From Thermoanaerobaculia bacterium (lineage in GTDB: Bacteria > Acidobacteriota > Thermoanaerobaculia > UBA5066 > Gp7-AA6): a DNA stretch of 64,000 nucleotides. Below are positions 23,352 through 32,229 of the stretch, piece by piece (the stretch's first letter is position 1; the number at the start of each line of letters is the position of its first letter). Where the stretch lies: NCBI GenBank assembly GCA_041481715.1, contig JBGPCK010000002.1:6615-70614 (forward strand). The letters run 5' to 3'. The notes below the pieces were generated by a model, which was given only the letters and a program-made list of their open reading frames with translations, had not been told where the DNA came from and ran no database searches. The position numbers and the translations under genes were made by a program.

Positions 23352-25741
23352 GCGGCGGCTCCCGCGCCGCGGCGCTCCCGCGCGAGGAGCCACCCGGCTG
23401 CCAGAACGAAGCCAAGCGGTCCGAATCGCGAAACCGACCATCCCGGCGCGTGCTCCCACCACTCGACACGGTGCTCTCCCGCCGGGACCGCGATCGCCGT
23501 GAAGGCGAGCTGGGCGGGCACCGGATCCGCCGGGCTTCCGTCGAGAAGCACCGTGCGGTAGCTCCAGAAGCCCCGGAGCACGAAGAGCCAGGTCGGGTCG
23601 GGGGCCGAGACCGCGAGAAGCAGCCGCTCGGGGCTCTTCTCCACCACGCGTACCGTCCCGGGCCGCGCGGATCCGGGCGCCGCTCGCCCCGTCTCGAGAA
23701 CGGCCTCTCCGGCCTGAAGGAGCGGGATCGCCCGCAGCGCATCGAGCGCTCCGCTCTCCTCCCGCCAGCGCCCGAGCAGGCGGATGTCGGGAGAGGCCCC
23801 CGGGTTCTCGTCCCAACTCTGAGAGCCGTCGTGTCCGAACGGCCGATACCCGCTCACGGGCTCCTGGTCGCGCCAGCGAATGCCGTACCGCAGGGCGAGG
23901 TTCCCGAAGAAGACTCCGGCGCCCGGAAGCGTCGCCATCGGCGAGGAAAGGCGCCGCAGGCTGTCGACGCGGGACAGGTCCCCGACGTCCAGGTCCGAGT
24001 TGAAGACGGTCCCGCGCCCCCAGAGCACCTGCGTGTGCAGGAACCAGACCCGGCGCGCATAGTCGCTGCCGCCGGGATCCGTCGGGCGCGCGGCAATCTC
24101 GACCCCCGACGGAGGCCGGTAGGAAGACTCATCCAGCGTCCGGTACAGACCGTGCGGGTCCCGCCGCGTGATCGCGCGTGCGAAAGGCGTCGGCGCGAAG
24201 ACGATCTCCTCTCCGTCCGCGCGCGCAATCTTTCGGTTGGCGGCGACGGGAACGAGCAGGAGCAGCACCAGTCCGGCGAGGCTCCAGGGCCCCGGCCGCC
24301 GCAGCCCGTCGAGCGCGATCAGAGTGCCGACCCAATACAGGCCGCCCTCCGCCAGCGCTGCCGGAAGCTCCCGACTCGCCGCCACGGCGGCCGAGGGCGC
24401 CGCGCCCACCGCCGCCACCGCGAGCCGCCCCGCTCCTTCCGGGAACAACGCCGCCGTTGCCGCCGCAGCCGCGAGCAGAGCGGCCACCGGAAGCATCCAC
24501 GGCGGTGGGCGAATCTCCCGAAAACGGTCCAGGGCGAGCCCCGCCGCAATCGCGAGCGCCAGAGCGAGCGCCACACAGAACTTTTCCGGGTAGCGCAGGG
24601 GGATCGGAGAAGCCCAGCCGAGCATCGCCTTCGGAGCGAAGCTCGGGAGGACCGCCAGAACGACAGCCAGGATCGCGAGGGCGCGCGCGAAACGTAAGCC
24701 CCTCCCGCGCGGCCGGCGCGCGATCGTCGCCAGCGCCACGAACGCGAACGCTCCGGCGTAGAGTGTCGCGAAGAAGAAACGCAGCGCCGACTCGCCCCAG
24801 ATCGCCTGGATGTCCTGCGACCAGACCGCGCCGAAGGGGTACGGCACGACGAGCTCGAGCAGGCGCCACGGCGAGACCGAGAAGTGGAAGGTCTCCGCGA
24901 GCTTCATCCCGATCACGGCGCGGTGAGTCTCGGGGACCAAGAGCGCCGTCGCCAGAATCTGGGGAGCCGCGAGCAGCGCACCCAGGGCCAGGGAAAGGGC
25001 GAGGTTTCCGGCGCCCGCCCGGCGCTGCCCCGGCGGCGTTTCGAGCAGGGTCCAAAGAATGCCGCAGAGGATCGCGAGACCGCAGGTCAAGACATCGCCG
25101 GCCAGGAACAACAGGCCGTAGACGACCGCCGCGACGACGACGCGGCGCCCCGCCGTGGGCGCCGGGCGGACGAGGGTCCAGAGGGCCCAAGGGAGCAGAG
25201 TGACCCCGGGCTGGAAGTTGGAGAAGTAGAGCTCCGAGACCACGACTCCGGAAAAGACATACGTGACCGCCGCGAGCAGGCTCCCCGCGGAGGAGGCGCC
25301 GATCGCCTGCAGGAGCAGAATCACGCCTACCCCGGCCGTGGCCCAGTGCAGAACGGGAAAGATCCGCATCGCCAACGGAAACGGGACCCGAGAGAGCAGC
25401 AGACGGACGGGATAGAGGACACCGCTGTTCGGGTTGGGCATGAGCGGCCTTCCGCCCGAAGCGTCCGGAAACCAAACGGGCAGCCTCCCCCGCGCCCAGG
25501 CGTCGTGCACGGCCTTTTCGAGGGGCAAGTTGTAGGGGATCAGGTCCCGTCCGATGAAATTGCGCCGCGTCACGAGGGGGTTCGCGTACGCCGCGAGCAC
25601 GAGCAGCAGAAACAGAAGCACGGGAAGCGCCCGCGTGGCCCGGGCGCCGGAGGACGGCCGGGACGAGGGCACACTCACGCGCGGAGACAGCCGTGAGGAT
25701 TCAACGCGGGTTAGGATAGGGCATCGAGCGAGAAGCGCCAA
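23348..25741 (-). CDS. YfhO-like GT-C membrane glycosyltransferase (tandem paralog A)
   Basis: The signature is VTRRNFIGRDLIPYNLPLEKAVHDAWARGRLPVWFPDASGGRPLMPNPNSGVLYP, with the C-terminal VPAGEHRVEW domain. The start is uncertain: TTG 25741, or GTG 25678/25672, which would leave a more plausible divergent intergenic region. Confidence 0.7.
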   Translation of the reverse strand: MALLARCPILTRVESSRLSPRVSVPSSRPSSGARATRALPVLLFLLLVLAAYANPLVTRRNFIGRDLIPYNLPLEKAVHDAWARGRLPVWFPDASGGRPLMPNPNSGVLYPVRLLLSRVPFPLAMRIFPVLHWATAGVGVILLLQAIGASSAGSLLAAVTYVFSGVVVSELYFSNFQPGVTLLPWALWTLVRPAPTAGRRVVVAAVVYGLLFLAGDVLTCGLAILCGILWTLLETPPGQRRAGAGNLALSLALGALLAAPQILATALLVPETHRAVIGMKLAETFHFSVSPWRLLELVVPYPFGAVWSQDIQAIWGESALRFFFATLYAGAFAFVALATIARRPRGRGLRFARALAILAVVLAVLPSFAPKAMLGWASPIPLRYPEKFCVALALALAIAAGLALDRFREIRPPPWMLPVAALLAAAAATAALFPEGAGRLAVAAVGAAPSAAVAASRELPAALAEGGLYWVGTLIALDGLRRPGPWSLAGLVLLLLVPVAANRKIARADGEEIVFAPTPFARAITRRDPHGLYRTLDESSYRPPSGVEIAARPTDPGGSDYARRVWFLHTQVLWGRGTVFNSDLDVGDLSRVDSLRRLSSPMATLPGAGVFFGNLALRYGIRWRDQEPVSGYRPFGHDGSQSWDENPGASPDIRLLGRWREESGALDALRAIPLLQAGEAVLETGRAAPGSARPGTVRVVEKSPERLLLAVSAPDPTWLFVLRGFWSYRTVLLDGSPADPVPAQLAFTAIAVPAGEHRVEWWEHAPGWSVSRFGPLGFVLAAGWLLARERRGAGAAA

Positions 25742-25758
25742 ACCGCCCGGGTCCGCCC

Positions 25759-27231
25759 GTGGGAGTCCTGCTCGCGCTCCTGCCGCTCGCCCTCGGCGCC
25801 CGCCTCGTCCTGCTCCAGGCGCGCCCCCTCTGGTCCGACGAGCTCTTCACGGTCTGGGCGGCGCGCCTGCCCTTCCCGGATCTGATCGCGGCGCTGCGGC
25901 AGGACTCCGGGCCGCCCGGCTTCTATCTTCTGGAGAGGCCCTTCGTGCGGCTGGCCGAGGCGCTCGGAGCCGACTGGGTTTCCCGGGCGCTCCCTTTCCT
26001 CGCAGCCCTCCTCCTCTTCGCGGCGGCGCGGGGACTCCCGCGCGGGACCGCGCGGCGAACCGGCATCCTCCTTTTCGCAACGTCCGCGCTGATCGGCCTC
26101 TATGCCGGCGAGGCGCGGGCCTATGCGCTGCTCTCGCTGCTGACGCTGCTCCTCTTCCGTCTCGCGCTCGGAACGGACGAGCGCCCGGCCCGCCTCGCCG
26201 CGACGCTCGGGCTCGGGGCGCTTTCGCTGTACACGCATTACCTCGCGATGCCGGCCGTCGCCGTCCTCTTGTTCCTCGCGGTCGCACGCCGGCGCTTCCG
26301 GACGGCCCTCGCTCTCGCGGGCTCGGTGCTTCTCTTCGCGCCCTGGATTTCAATTCTCGCCGCGCAGCCGGCGGCGGCGATCTCCTGGATGCGCGAGCCG
26401 GCGGGCGTCTCGGCGCTCGGCTTCCTCTCGGCGCTCGGCGGCGTCGGGCGCGTCCCTCTGCCCTTCGGCCCGCCGTTGCCGACGATCCTGCCGATCCTGG
26501 CGCTTTGCGTCGGCGCCGCTCTGGTAGCCGCGCTCGTTCCGGCCGCACGCCGCGACCGGGAGACACGCGATGCGGTCCTCTTCGTCGCCCTCGTGCTCGG
26601 CGCGGCGGTCGCCGTCTCGCTCGTAACGCCGTTGGCCTTCGCAGGCCGGACGGAGCTCGTGGTCCTGCCCGTTTGGATTTGGGCCGTCGCCCGAAGCGCG
26701 GGCGGCAGCCGCGCGGCGGGTGCATGCGGACTCGCCGCGGGAGTGCTCGGATGCCTCGCGGTCGGGCTCCTGGCGCTCCAGCCGCACCCGCCTTCCGCGC
26801 CGGCCCGGGCGGCCCGGGTGCTCGAACGGATCACCCGGCCGGGCGACACGCTCTTCGCGGGCCCCGGCCTCTACCTTCCCTTTCGCGTCGCCGCTGATCG
26901 CGGGCGCCTCGTTCCCGCGCTTTCTGCATTTCCGGGCGAAGTCGCGCGACACCCGGGGTGGTGGGAGCCGGTCGCGCCCGGGCCGTCCGACTACGAGGCG
27001 GTCGCGGCCGCCGGAGCACGGCCCGGGGCGGTCTTTCTGTTCCTTCCTCCGGGCTTCGTCACCCCGGAGCTGAAGGCGATTCTCAAGCGGCGGGGCTCGG
27101 TGCGGGAGCTTCCGCTTCGGCCCGAAGCGGTGCTGCTCCACTGGGCGCCGGCAGCCGCGGCGCCCGCGCCGCCTGCATCAGCTCCGCCAGAAGCCAGACC
27201 AGCGCCGCCACCCAGGCCGCCAGGATCGTGA
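25759..27231 (+). CDS. PMT_2/ArnT-like GT-C membrane glycosyltransferase
   Basis: This 490-aa polytopic ORF has a GTG start. The first periplasmic loop is LWSDELFTVWAARL...DSGPPGFYLL (a DE motif plus a PP..Y.L motif typical of GT39/GT83-like enzymes). Confidence 0.65.
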   Translation: MGVLLALLPLALGARLVLLQARPLWSDELFTVWAARLPFPDLIAALRQDSGPPGFYLLERPFVRLAEALGADWVSRALPFLAALLLFAAARGLPRGTARRTGILLFATSALIGLYAGEARAYALLSLLTLLLFRLALGTDERPARLAATLGLGALSLYTHYLAMPAVAVLLFLAVARRRFRTALALAGSVLLFAPWISILAAQPAAAISWMREPAGVSALGFLSALGGVGRVPLPFGPPLPTILPILALCVGAALVAALVPAARRDRETRDAVLFVALVLGAAVAVSLVTPLAFAGRTELVVLPVWIWAVARSAGGSRAAGACGLAAGVLGCLAVGLLALQPHPPSAPARAARVLERITRPGDTLFAGPGLYLPFRVAADRGRLVPALSAFPGEVARHPGWWEPVAPGPSDYEAVAAAGARPGAVFLFLPPGFVTPELKAILKRRGSVRELPLRPEAVLLHWAPAAAAPAPPASAPPEARPAPPPRPPGS

Positions 27232-28234
27232 CCGACACCGGCCACGCCAGGTCGAGCGACTCTCCCGACAGGAAGATCGCCGCTGCTCCCGAAAAAATGG
27301 CGTAGGCCGGCGAGACGAACAGGCTGCCGAAAGCGATGGGCCAGACCAGGTGCTGGTTGGCGAGGCCGGGGAGCCCGACGAGCACGGCGAGGAAGACGAG
27401 CAGGCAGGCACGCGGAAGCGTATCCCGGCGTGCGATCCAGAGCGCCGCCGCGACGACGGCGAGAAACACCAGAAAGTAGCCCAGCGCGCCTCCGGCCGGG
27501 AAGTGCAGCAGGAATTGCAGGCCACCCGGCCTTTGCCGCTTCTGACCGGCCAGCCACGTGGCGTACAGCAGCACGTTGTTCGCGATCGTGCGGGAAGACG
27601 AGAGAAACGGCACGAAAGAAAGCGCGAACACGGCGTACGGAAGGAAAAGCAGAGGTCCGGCGATTCCCCCGGCGCGCCACCGCCGCCAGAAGAGAGGCAG
27701 GTGAAACGCCGTCACGTGCTTGACGAGAAGCGACATCGAAAGCAGGCCCACGACGCCGGCGCGCTTGCCCCGCGGATCCGGTCCTGCCGCGACGTAGACC
27801 GCGGCCAGTAGAAACAGGATCGAAGAGCCGTCGAACTGTCCGTGCGCGCAGGAGATCAGCACGGACACGGGATTGGAAAAGAAAAGCAGCGCCGCACGGC
27901 GGCCTGCCTCCGGGTTGCGGCCCATCCGGTCGATCGCCAGACGCAACAGGAGCCAGGCGGTGGCCGCGTCCACTGCGATCTGGAGGAGGCCCGCCAAGAG
28001 CACGAAGAGCCCGACGTTGGGAGCGGACACGGACCAGAGCCCGGCCACCACGTAGGACCAGACCGGACTGTAGTTGTAGCGGTCGGTTACCGCGTAGACG
28101 TTCTGGCCCGCGAGCACCGCGTTGGCGACGATCAGATAGGAGCCGGAGTCGAAGTTGCCGCGGAACTGTGCGGCAACCGTGATGCGCAGGACGAGGACCA
28201 GGAGGAAGACCATGCGCGCCTCGCGCAGCCTCAT
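27083..28234 (-). CDS. DUF2029/GT87-like GT-C membrane protein
   Basis: The ATG at 28234 lies 10 nt after GGGAGG. The motif YLIVANAVLAGQNVYAVTDRYNYSPVW matches the paralog at 38474..39565 (FQIVAEIVNRGGNVYTETSRYNYAPVW). The product is polytopic. Confidence 0.65.
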   Translation of the reverse strand: MRLREARMVFLLVLVLRITVAAQFRGNFDSGSYLIVANAVLAGQNVYAVTDRYNYSPVWSYVVAGLWSVSAPNVGLFVLLAGLLQIAVDAATAWLLLRLAIDRMGRNPEAGRRAALLFFSNPVSVLISCAHGQFDGSSILFLLAAVYVAAGPDPRGKRAGVVGLLSMSLLVKHVTAFHLPLFWRRWRAGGIAGPLLFLPYAVFALSFVPFLSSSRTIANNVLLYATWLAGQKRQRPGGLQFLLHFPAGGALGYFLVFLAVVAAALWIARRDTLPRACLLVFLAVLVGLPGLANQHLVWPIAFGSLFVSPAYAIFSGAAAIFLSGESLDLAWPVSVTILAAWVAALVWLLAELMQAARAPRLPAPSGAAPLRAEAEAPAPSPAA

Positions 28235-28256
28235 GGCCTCGGGCCTCCCGAGTCGT

Positions 28257-29654
28257 TCACCGCGGCTTTCGGGCAATCGCGAGCAACGACATTCCCCAAG
28301 AGGGCTGGTTCTTCTCCTCTCGGCGCAGGACCGGCAGCATCAGCTTGAACGCCTTGAGTTGCCCCTTTGGCAGGATGCGTCGGCGCAGAATGCGGCCGTT
28401 GACGTACCAGCCGACGACTCCCGGACGGTTGACGAACCGGCAGTCCTCCAGCGCAAAGCCTGCGGTCGAGAGCTTCTCCTCGAGCTCCGCCTTTTCGTAC
28501 CGCCGGAAGTGGCCCAGGTGCTCGTCCAGAGTGCCGTAGAGCCAGGCAAGCGCCGGCACGAGCAGCACGAGTCGCCCTCCGGGCTGGAGGACCGCGAATA
28601 TGCTCGCGAGCGTCGCGCGGTCGTCCTCGATGTGCTCGAGGACGTTGCAGCAGACGACGGTGTCGAGCCGGCGAGCCTCGAGCCCTGCTTGCGCGGCGGC
28701 CTCCAGCGGAAAGTGGTAGGACTCGACCCGCACCGAGGAGTCGTCCCGGAACGTGCCCTTCAGATACTCGACGGCCACCGGATCGAGGTCCGAGACGATG
28801 ACGAGCTCGCGTCCCGTGAAGTACTTCGTGAGGTTTCCAAACCCCGCGCCGATCTCGAGGATCCGCCGGCCGAGGACCGGCAAGAAGCGATCGACCAGCC
28901 AGCGGTTGTACGGCTCGAGCTTTGCCATGCGCGCGAGCGTCACGTGCCCGACGTTGCGCGGATCCTCCGCCTCCCGCAAGGCGTGCTTGACGATCGTCCA
29001 GAGGGCGGAGAAGGCGTCCTTCAGGCCGATCTTCTTGCCCTCCTCGTAGGTGCGGCCGTAGTACGCGATGGGCACTTCGTAGATGCGGTAGCCGCGGCGC
29101 GCCACCTTCGCGGTGATCTCCGGCTCGATGCCGAAGCGCGGCGACTCGATCGTCATCGACTGGACGACCTCGCGGCGAAACATCTTGTAGCAGGTCTCCA
29201 TGTCGGTGAGGTTCAGGTTCGTGAACATGTTCGAGGCGAGCGTGAGCATCCGGTTGCCGATCGTGTGCCAGAAGTAGAGAACGCGCCGCGGCCCGCCGCC
29301 GAGGAAACGCGAGCCGTACACGACGTCGGCGTGCCCGTCGGCGATCGGACCGAGCAGCTTCAGGTACTCCTTCGGGTCGTACTCGAGGTCGGCGTCCTGG
29401 ACGATGACGACGTCTCCGGCCGCATAGCGGAAGCCGACCGACACCGCTGCGCCCTTGCCCTGGTTCTTCGGCTGAAGAAAGACGCGCACGCCGTCCTTGC
29501 CGTCCATCTCCCGCAGGATCTCGCGCGTGCCGTCGGTCGAGCCGTCGTCGACGATCAGGATCTCCTTCTCGATCGGAACGGCCGCGACCCGCCGGACGAT
29601 CTCCCGGATCGTCTTCGACTCGTTGTAGGCCGGTATGACGACCGACAGTTTCAT
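28257..29654 (-). CDS. GT2 polyprenyl-phosphate sugar synthase-like domain fused to a class I SAM methyltransferase
   Basis: The ATG at 29654 overlaps the upstream stop (ATGA). The N-terminal part is [12 protein letters not shown]...VDDGSTDGT...QDADLEYDP (DPM1/GtrB-like). The C-terminal part carries [12 protein letters not shown] and [13 protein letters not shown], which are SAM-binding motifs. Confidence 0.8.
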   Translation of the reverse strand: MKLSVVIPAYNESKTIREIVRRVAAVPIEKEILIVDDGSTDGTREILREMDGKDGVRVFLQPKNQGKGAAVSVGFRYAAGDVVIVQDADLEYDPKEYLKLLGPIADGHADVVYGSRFLGGGPRRVLYFWHTIGNRMLTLASNMFTNLNLTDMETCYKMFRREVVQSMTIESPRFGIEPEITAKVARRGYRIYEVPIAYYGRTYEEGKKIGLKDAFSALWTIVKHALREAEDPRNVGHVTLARMAKLEPYNRWLVDRFLPVLGRRILEIGAGFGNLTKYFTGRELVIVSDLDPVAVEYLKGTFRDDSSVRVESYHFPLEAAAQAGLEARRLDTVVCCNVLEHIEDDRATLASIFAVLQPGGRLVLLVPALAWLYGTLDEHLGHFRRYEKAELEEKLSTAGFALEDCRFVNRPGVVGWYVNGRILRRRILPKGQLKAFKLMLPVLRREEKNQPSWGMSLLAIARKPR

Positions 29655-31366
29655 GGTTTGACCATTTCTCCCCGGGGAAGCTCGAAAAGATATATCGATT
29701 CGCCGACGCGGCCCGCGGGCTTCCCGCGCACGGCGAGGTCTCGCAAGAGCCTCTCGAGCGACGCGGCCACCCCCGCAGCCCCATGGTATGCGTAATAGAA
29801 CGGGCCGACGGCGAGGTGAAACGCGGAGACCGCGATGAGGGAGCCCCGCACCCGCGGGTCGGCGGAAAAATCGGGCACCCCGAGGCGGTACATCACGTCG
29901 TCTCCTCCGAAATAGACGACGGTCGGATCGTGGACACCACGCCGATCGAGCTCTGCCGCGAGCCGCCGCAGGTCGAGCCCCCAGTCGATGTTCGAGTCGG
30001 AGAGGATCCCGCGGCCCTTCTGCGGCCCGCCGACGAGCGGGTTGAAGTAGGAGAGCTCGTGCGGATGGATTCGGAGCGCCTCGGCCGCCGCGGAGAGCGG
30101 CAGCACGAGCAGCAGGACCGCCGCGATCGCCGCGGGCCCTCGGGCCCGCTCGCGCAGCCGCGCCAGCGCCGACGCCGCAGCGAGCGCCAGGAAAGGATAG
30201 ACCGGAAGCAGGTGGCGAATGCCGATGTTGTAGCTCGAACCGATCGACGCGAGAAAGAGGACGGCCACGGGAAGCAGATACAGCGCGGCTTCCCGGCCGG
30301 ATCGGAAGGCGGCGGCGCCGGCGAGGGCGAGCACGGCCGCCGCGAGGAAGGCAAGCGTGGACTTGGCGAAGAAGGCGACGAAGAAGTAGAGGGGAAAGCC
30401 GTGAAGGGAGGCGGTCCCGTCGAGGAAGTTGACGCCGCCCCCGACCGCATTCTGCAGGGCCACCGAGGCGAGGCCTCCCAGGTAGTGGCCGAGCGCCGGG
30501 CTGACTCGCGCCACGTTCTGGATCGCGTGGGCAAGGCGCGGCGCACCGCGCTGGCCGACCATTTCCCAGAGGATCTGCCGCTGATCTTCGAGGTTCATCC
30601 GCGTCGTCACCACCGCGTAAATCCCGACCACGACGAGCAGAGCGCCCGCCGCCACCCCCGCGAGTTGAACGGCCATCCGCACGGCGTCGCGTCCGGGCCG
30701 CGCCGCGCGGCGGGCCGAGAAGAGCGCCTGCAGCAGCAGGATCGGCAGCAGGTAGACGGCGGAGAACTTCGTCGCAAGCGACAGGCCGAGGACCACCGCC
30801 GTCAGGGCGAGCCGCGCCGCGCCAGGCTTTTCCTGCGCCCGGTCCCATGCGAGAACCGTCGCGAGAAAGCCGAGGGCGGCTCCCAGGTCGGTGTGCACGA
30901 CGCCCGCGTGCGCGAGGAAGTTCGGATCGAAGGCCAGCAGGGCCGTTGCGAAGAGCGCGGGCGTCGGACCGTAGCGAGACCGGGCCGTAAAGAACACGAG
31001 GACGAGCAGGAGGGCGAACAGCCAGCGGAATGGGGCTCTCGCCGTCGCGGCGATCGCGTCGGGCGAGACGCGGCTCTCGAAGAGAAAGGCGTGGCCAAAG
31101 TCGGTGAAGCGGTTGCCCATCGGCACGCTCCCGGGCGCGGTGGGAAGCGGCAGCGTCTTCAGGCTCAACCCCGCGAGCAGCTTCATCAAGGGCGGGTGCT
31201 CGATGTTCACGATGGCCGTGCCGCCGAACACCTCGAAGTACCCCGCCAGGATGTGAACCGGCTCGTCGGCGGAGAGCGCGTCGACCCGCGTGTGGTCGTA
31301 CACGAGGAGGACGGCGATGGCGATGAGCGCCGCCGCCGCCAGGACGGCGATTGCCCCGCGGCTCAA
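29651..31366 (-). CDS. PMT_2/ArnT-like GT-C membrane glycosyltransferase
   Basis: The TTG at 31366 overlaps the upstream stop (TTGA). The first loop is [14 protein letters not shown]...[12 protein letters not shown]. The product is a 571-aa polytopic protein. Confidence 0.7.
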   Translation of the reverse strand: MSRGAIAVLAAAALIAIAVLLVYDHTRVDALSADEPVHILAGYFEVFGGTAIVNIEHPPLMKLLAGLSLKTLPLPTAPGSVPMGNRFTDFGHAFLFESRVSPDAIAATARAPFRWLFALLLVLVFFTARSRYGPTPALFATALLAFDPNFLAHAGVVHTDLGAALGFLATVLAWDRAQEKPGAARLALTAVVLGLSLATKFSAVYLLPILLLQALFSARRAARPGRDAVRMAVQLAGVAAGALLVVVGIYAVVTTRMNLEDQRQILWEMVGQRGAPRLAHAIQNVARVSPALGHYLGGLASVALQNAVGGGVNFLDGTASLHGFPLYFFVAFFAKSTLAFLAAAVLALAGAAAFRSGREAALYLLPVAVLFLASIGSSYNIGIRHLLPVYPFLALAAASALARLRERARGPAAIAAVLLLVLPLSAAAEALRIHPHELSYFNPLVGGPQKGRGILSDSNIDWGLDLRRLAAELDRRGVHDPTVVYFGGDDVMYRLGVPDFSADPRVRGSLIAVSAFHLAVGPFYYAYHGAAGVAASLERLLRDLAVRGKPAGRVGESIYLFELPRGEMVKP

Positions 31367-32061
31367 GACCTCTTCGTCCGCTCGACGGTGTGTCGGACCA
31401 GGGCCCCGAGCGCCGAGAAACCGTCCTTCAAACGGATCTTCTTCCCCTCCGCTCTCGAGCGGGCGAAGTAAGAAACCGGCACCTCGAATACGCGAAAGCC
31501 GCCCCGAGCCACCTTCACCGTGAACTCGGCATCGAAGCCAAAACGGCGGGAGTCGAGGTCGAGCGACCCCACGACCCTGCGGTGGAAGGCCTTGTAGCAG
31601 GTCGCCATGTCGGTCAGGTTCAGGTCCGTGAAGACGTTCGAGATCAGCGTCAACAGCCGATTGCCGACGGTGTGCCAGAAGTTCTGGACCCGGTTTTCGG
31701 CGCTCCCGCGGAAGCGCGAGCCGTACACCACGTCCGCGCGGCCGGCCTCGATCGGACGCAGGATCGCCGCATAGTCGGCCGGGTCGTACTCCAGATCGGC
31801 GTCCTGAATCAGCAGGATGTCCCCCCGGGCCTGTTCCATGGCCGTTCGCACCGCCCGGCCCTTCCCGAGATTCTCCGGATGCAGGATCACGCGCACGCCG
31901 TCCCGGCCGTCCCAGCGCTGAAGGATCTCGCGGGTGCCGTCGGTCGATCCGTCGTCGACGACCAGGATCTCCTTTTCGATGGGAACCTCCGCAACCAGAC
32001 GCAGGATCTCGTCGATCGTCCGCGCCTCGTTGTAGACGGGAATGAGAACGGAGAGCTTCAC
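31363..32061 (-). CDS. GT2 polyprenyl-phosphate sugar synthase-like glycosyltransferase (DPM1/GtrB type)
   Basis: The ORF has a GTG start. The sequence [12 protein letters not shown]...VDDGSTDGT...QDADLEYDP is collinear with the N-terminal domain of 28257..29654. Confidence 0.8.
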   Translation of the reverse strand: MKLSVLIPVYNEARTIDEILRLVAEVPIEKEILVVDDGSTDGTREILQRWDGRDGVRVILHPENLGKGRAVRTAMEQARGDILLIQDADLEYDPADYAAILRPIEAGRADVVYGSRFRGSAENRVQNFWHTVGNRLLTLISNVFTDLNLTDMATCYKAFHRRVVGSLDLDSRRFGFDAEFTVKVARGGFRVFEVPVSYFARSRAEGKKIRLKDGFSALGALVRHTVERTKRS

Positions 32062-32080
32062 GCGCTAGGAAGATGGTAAC

Positions 32081-32126
32081 AGCTGTTCGCTGTTAGCTCT
32101 CAGCTATCAGCTATCAGCTATCAGCC
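32081..32126. repeat. Heptanucleotide-periodic tract (agctNNN units, with cagctat x3 perfect)
   Basis: The tract reads agctgtt cgctgtt agctctc agctatc agctatc agctatc agcc. It lies in the divergent intergenic region between the GT2 gene (minus) and the STT3-like gene (plus). Confidence 0.9.
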
Positions 32127-32155
32127 AGAGGTCTCGGGTTGCGTCTCCTCGAATG

Positions 32156-32220
32156 GCTGACAGCTGAAAGCTGAAAGCTGAAAGCTAATGAGGCTGACAG
32201 CTGACAGCTCACAGCTCATA
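32156..32220. repeat. Heptanucleotide tandem repeats (gctgaca / gctgaaa x3 / gctgaca x2 / gctcaca / gctcata)
   Basis: Read directly, the units are gctgaca gctgaaa gctgaaa gctgaaa gctaatg ag gctgaca gctgaca gctcaca gctcata. The unit at 32193..32199 supplies cTGACA 17 nt upstream of CATAAT (32217..32222). Confidence 0.9.
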
Positions 32221-32229
32221 ATCCTTCCA

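Noticed and set aside
27083-27231. A 149-nt overlap between the 3' ends of the convergent GT-C genes 25759-27231(+) and 27083-28234(-) as a functional antisense arrangement.
   Set aside because: Both C-terminal tails in the overlap are Ala/Pro-rich and low in complexity. They probably extend only because stop codons are rare at this GC content. There is no evidence for function.
32081-32220. The tandem repeats as a CRISPR array or minisatellite-encoded peptide. The track ORF starting at 32188 reads through them as MRLTADSSQLIILP.
   Set aside because: The unit length is 7 bp, there are no spacers, and no cas genes are present. The hydrophobic N-terminus of the membrane protein starts at the ATG at 32230, so the repeats are non-coding.
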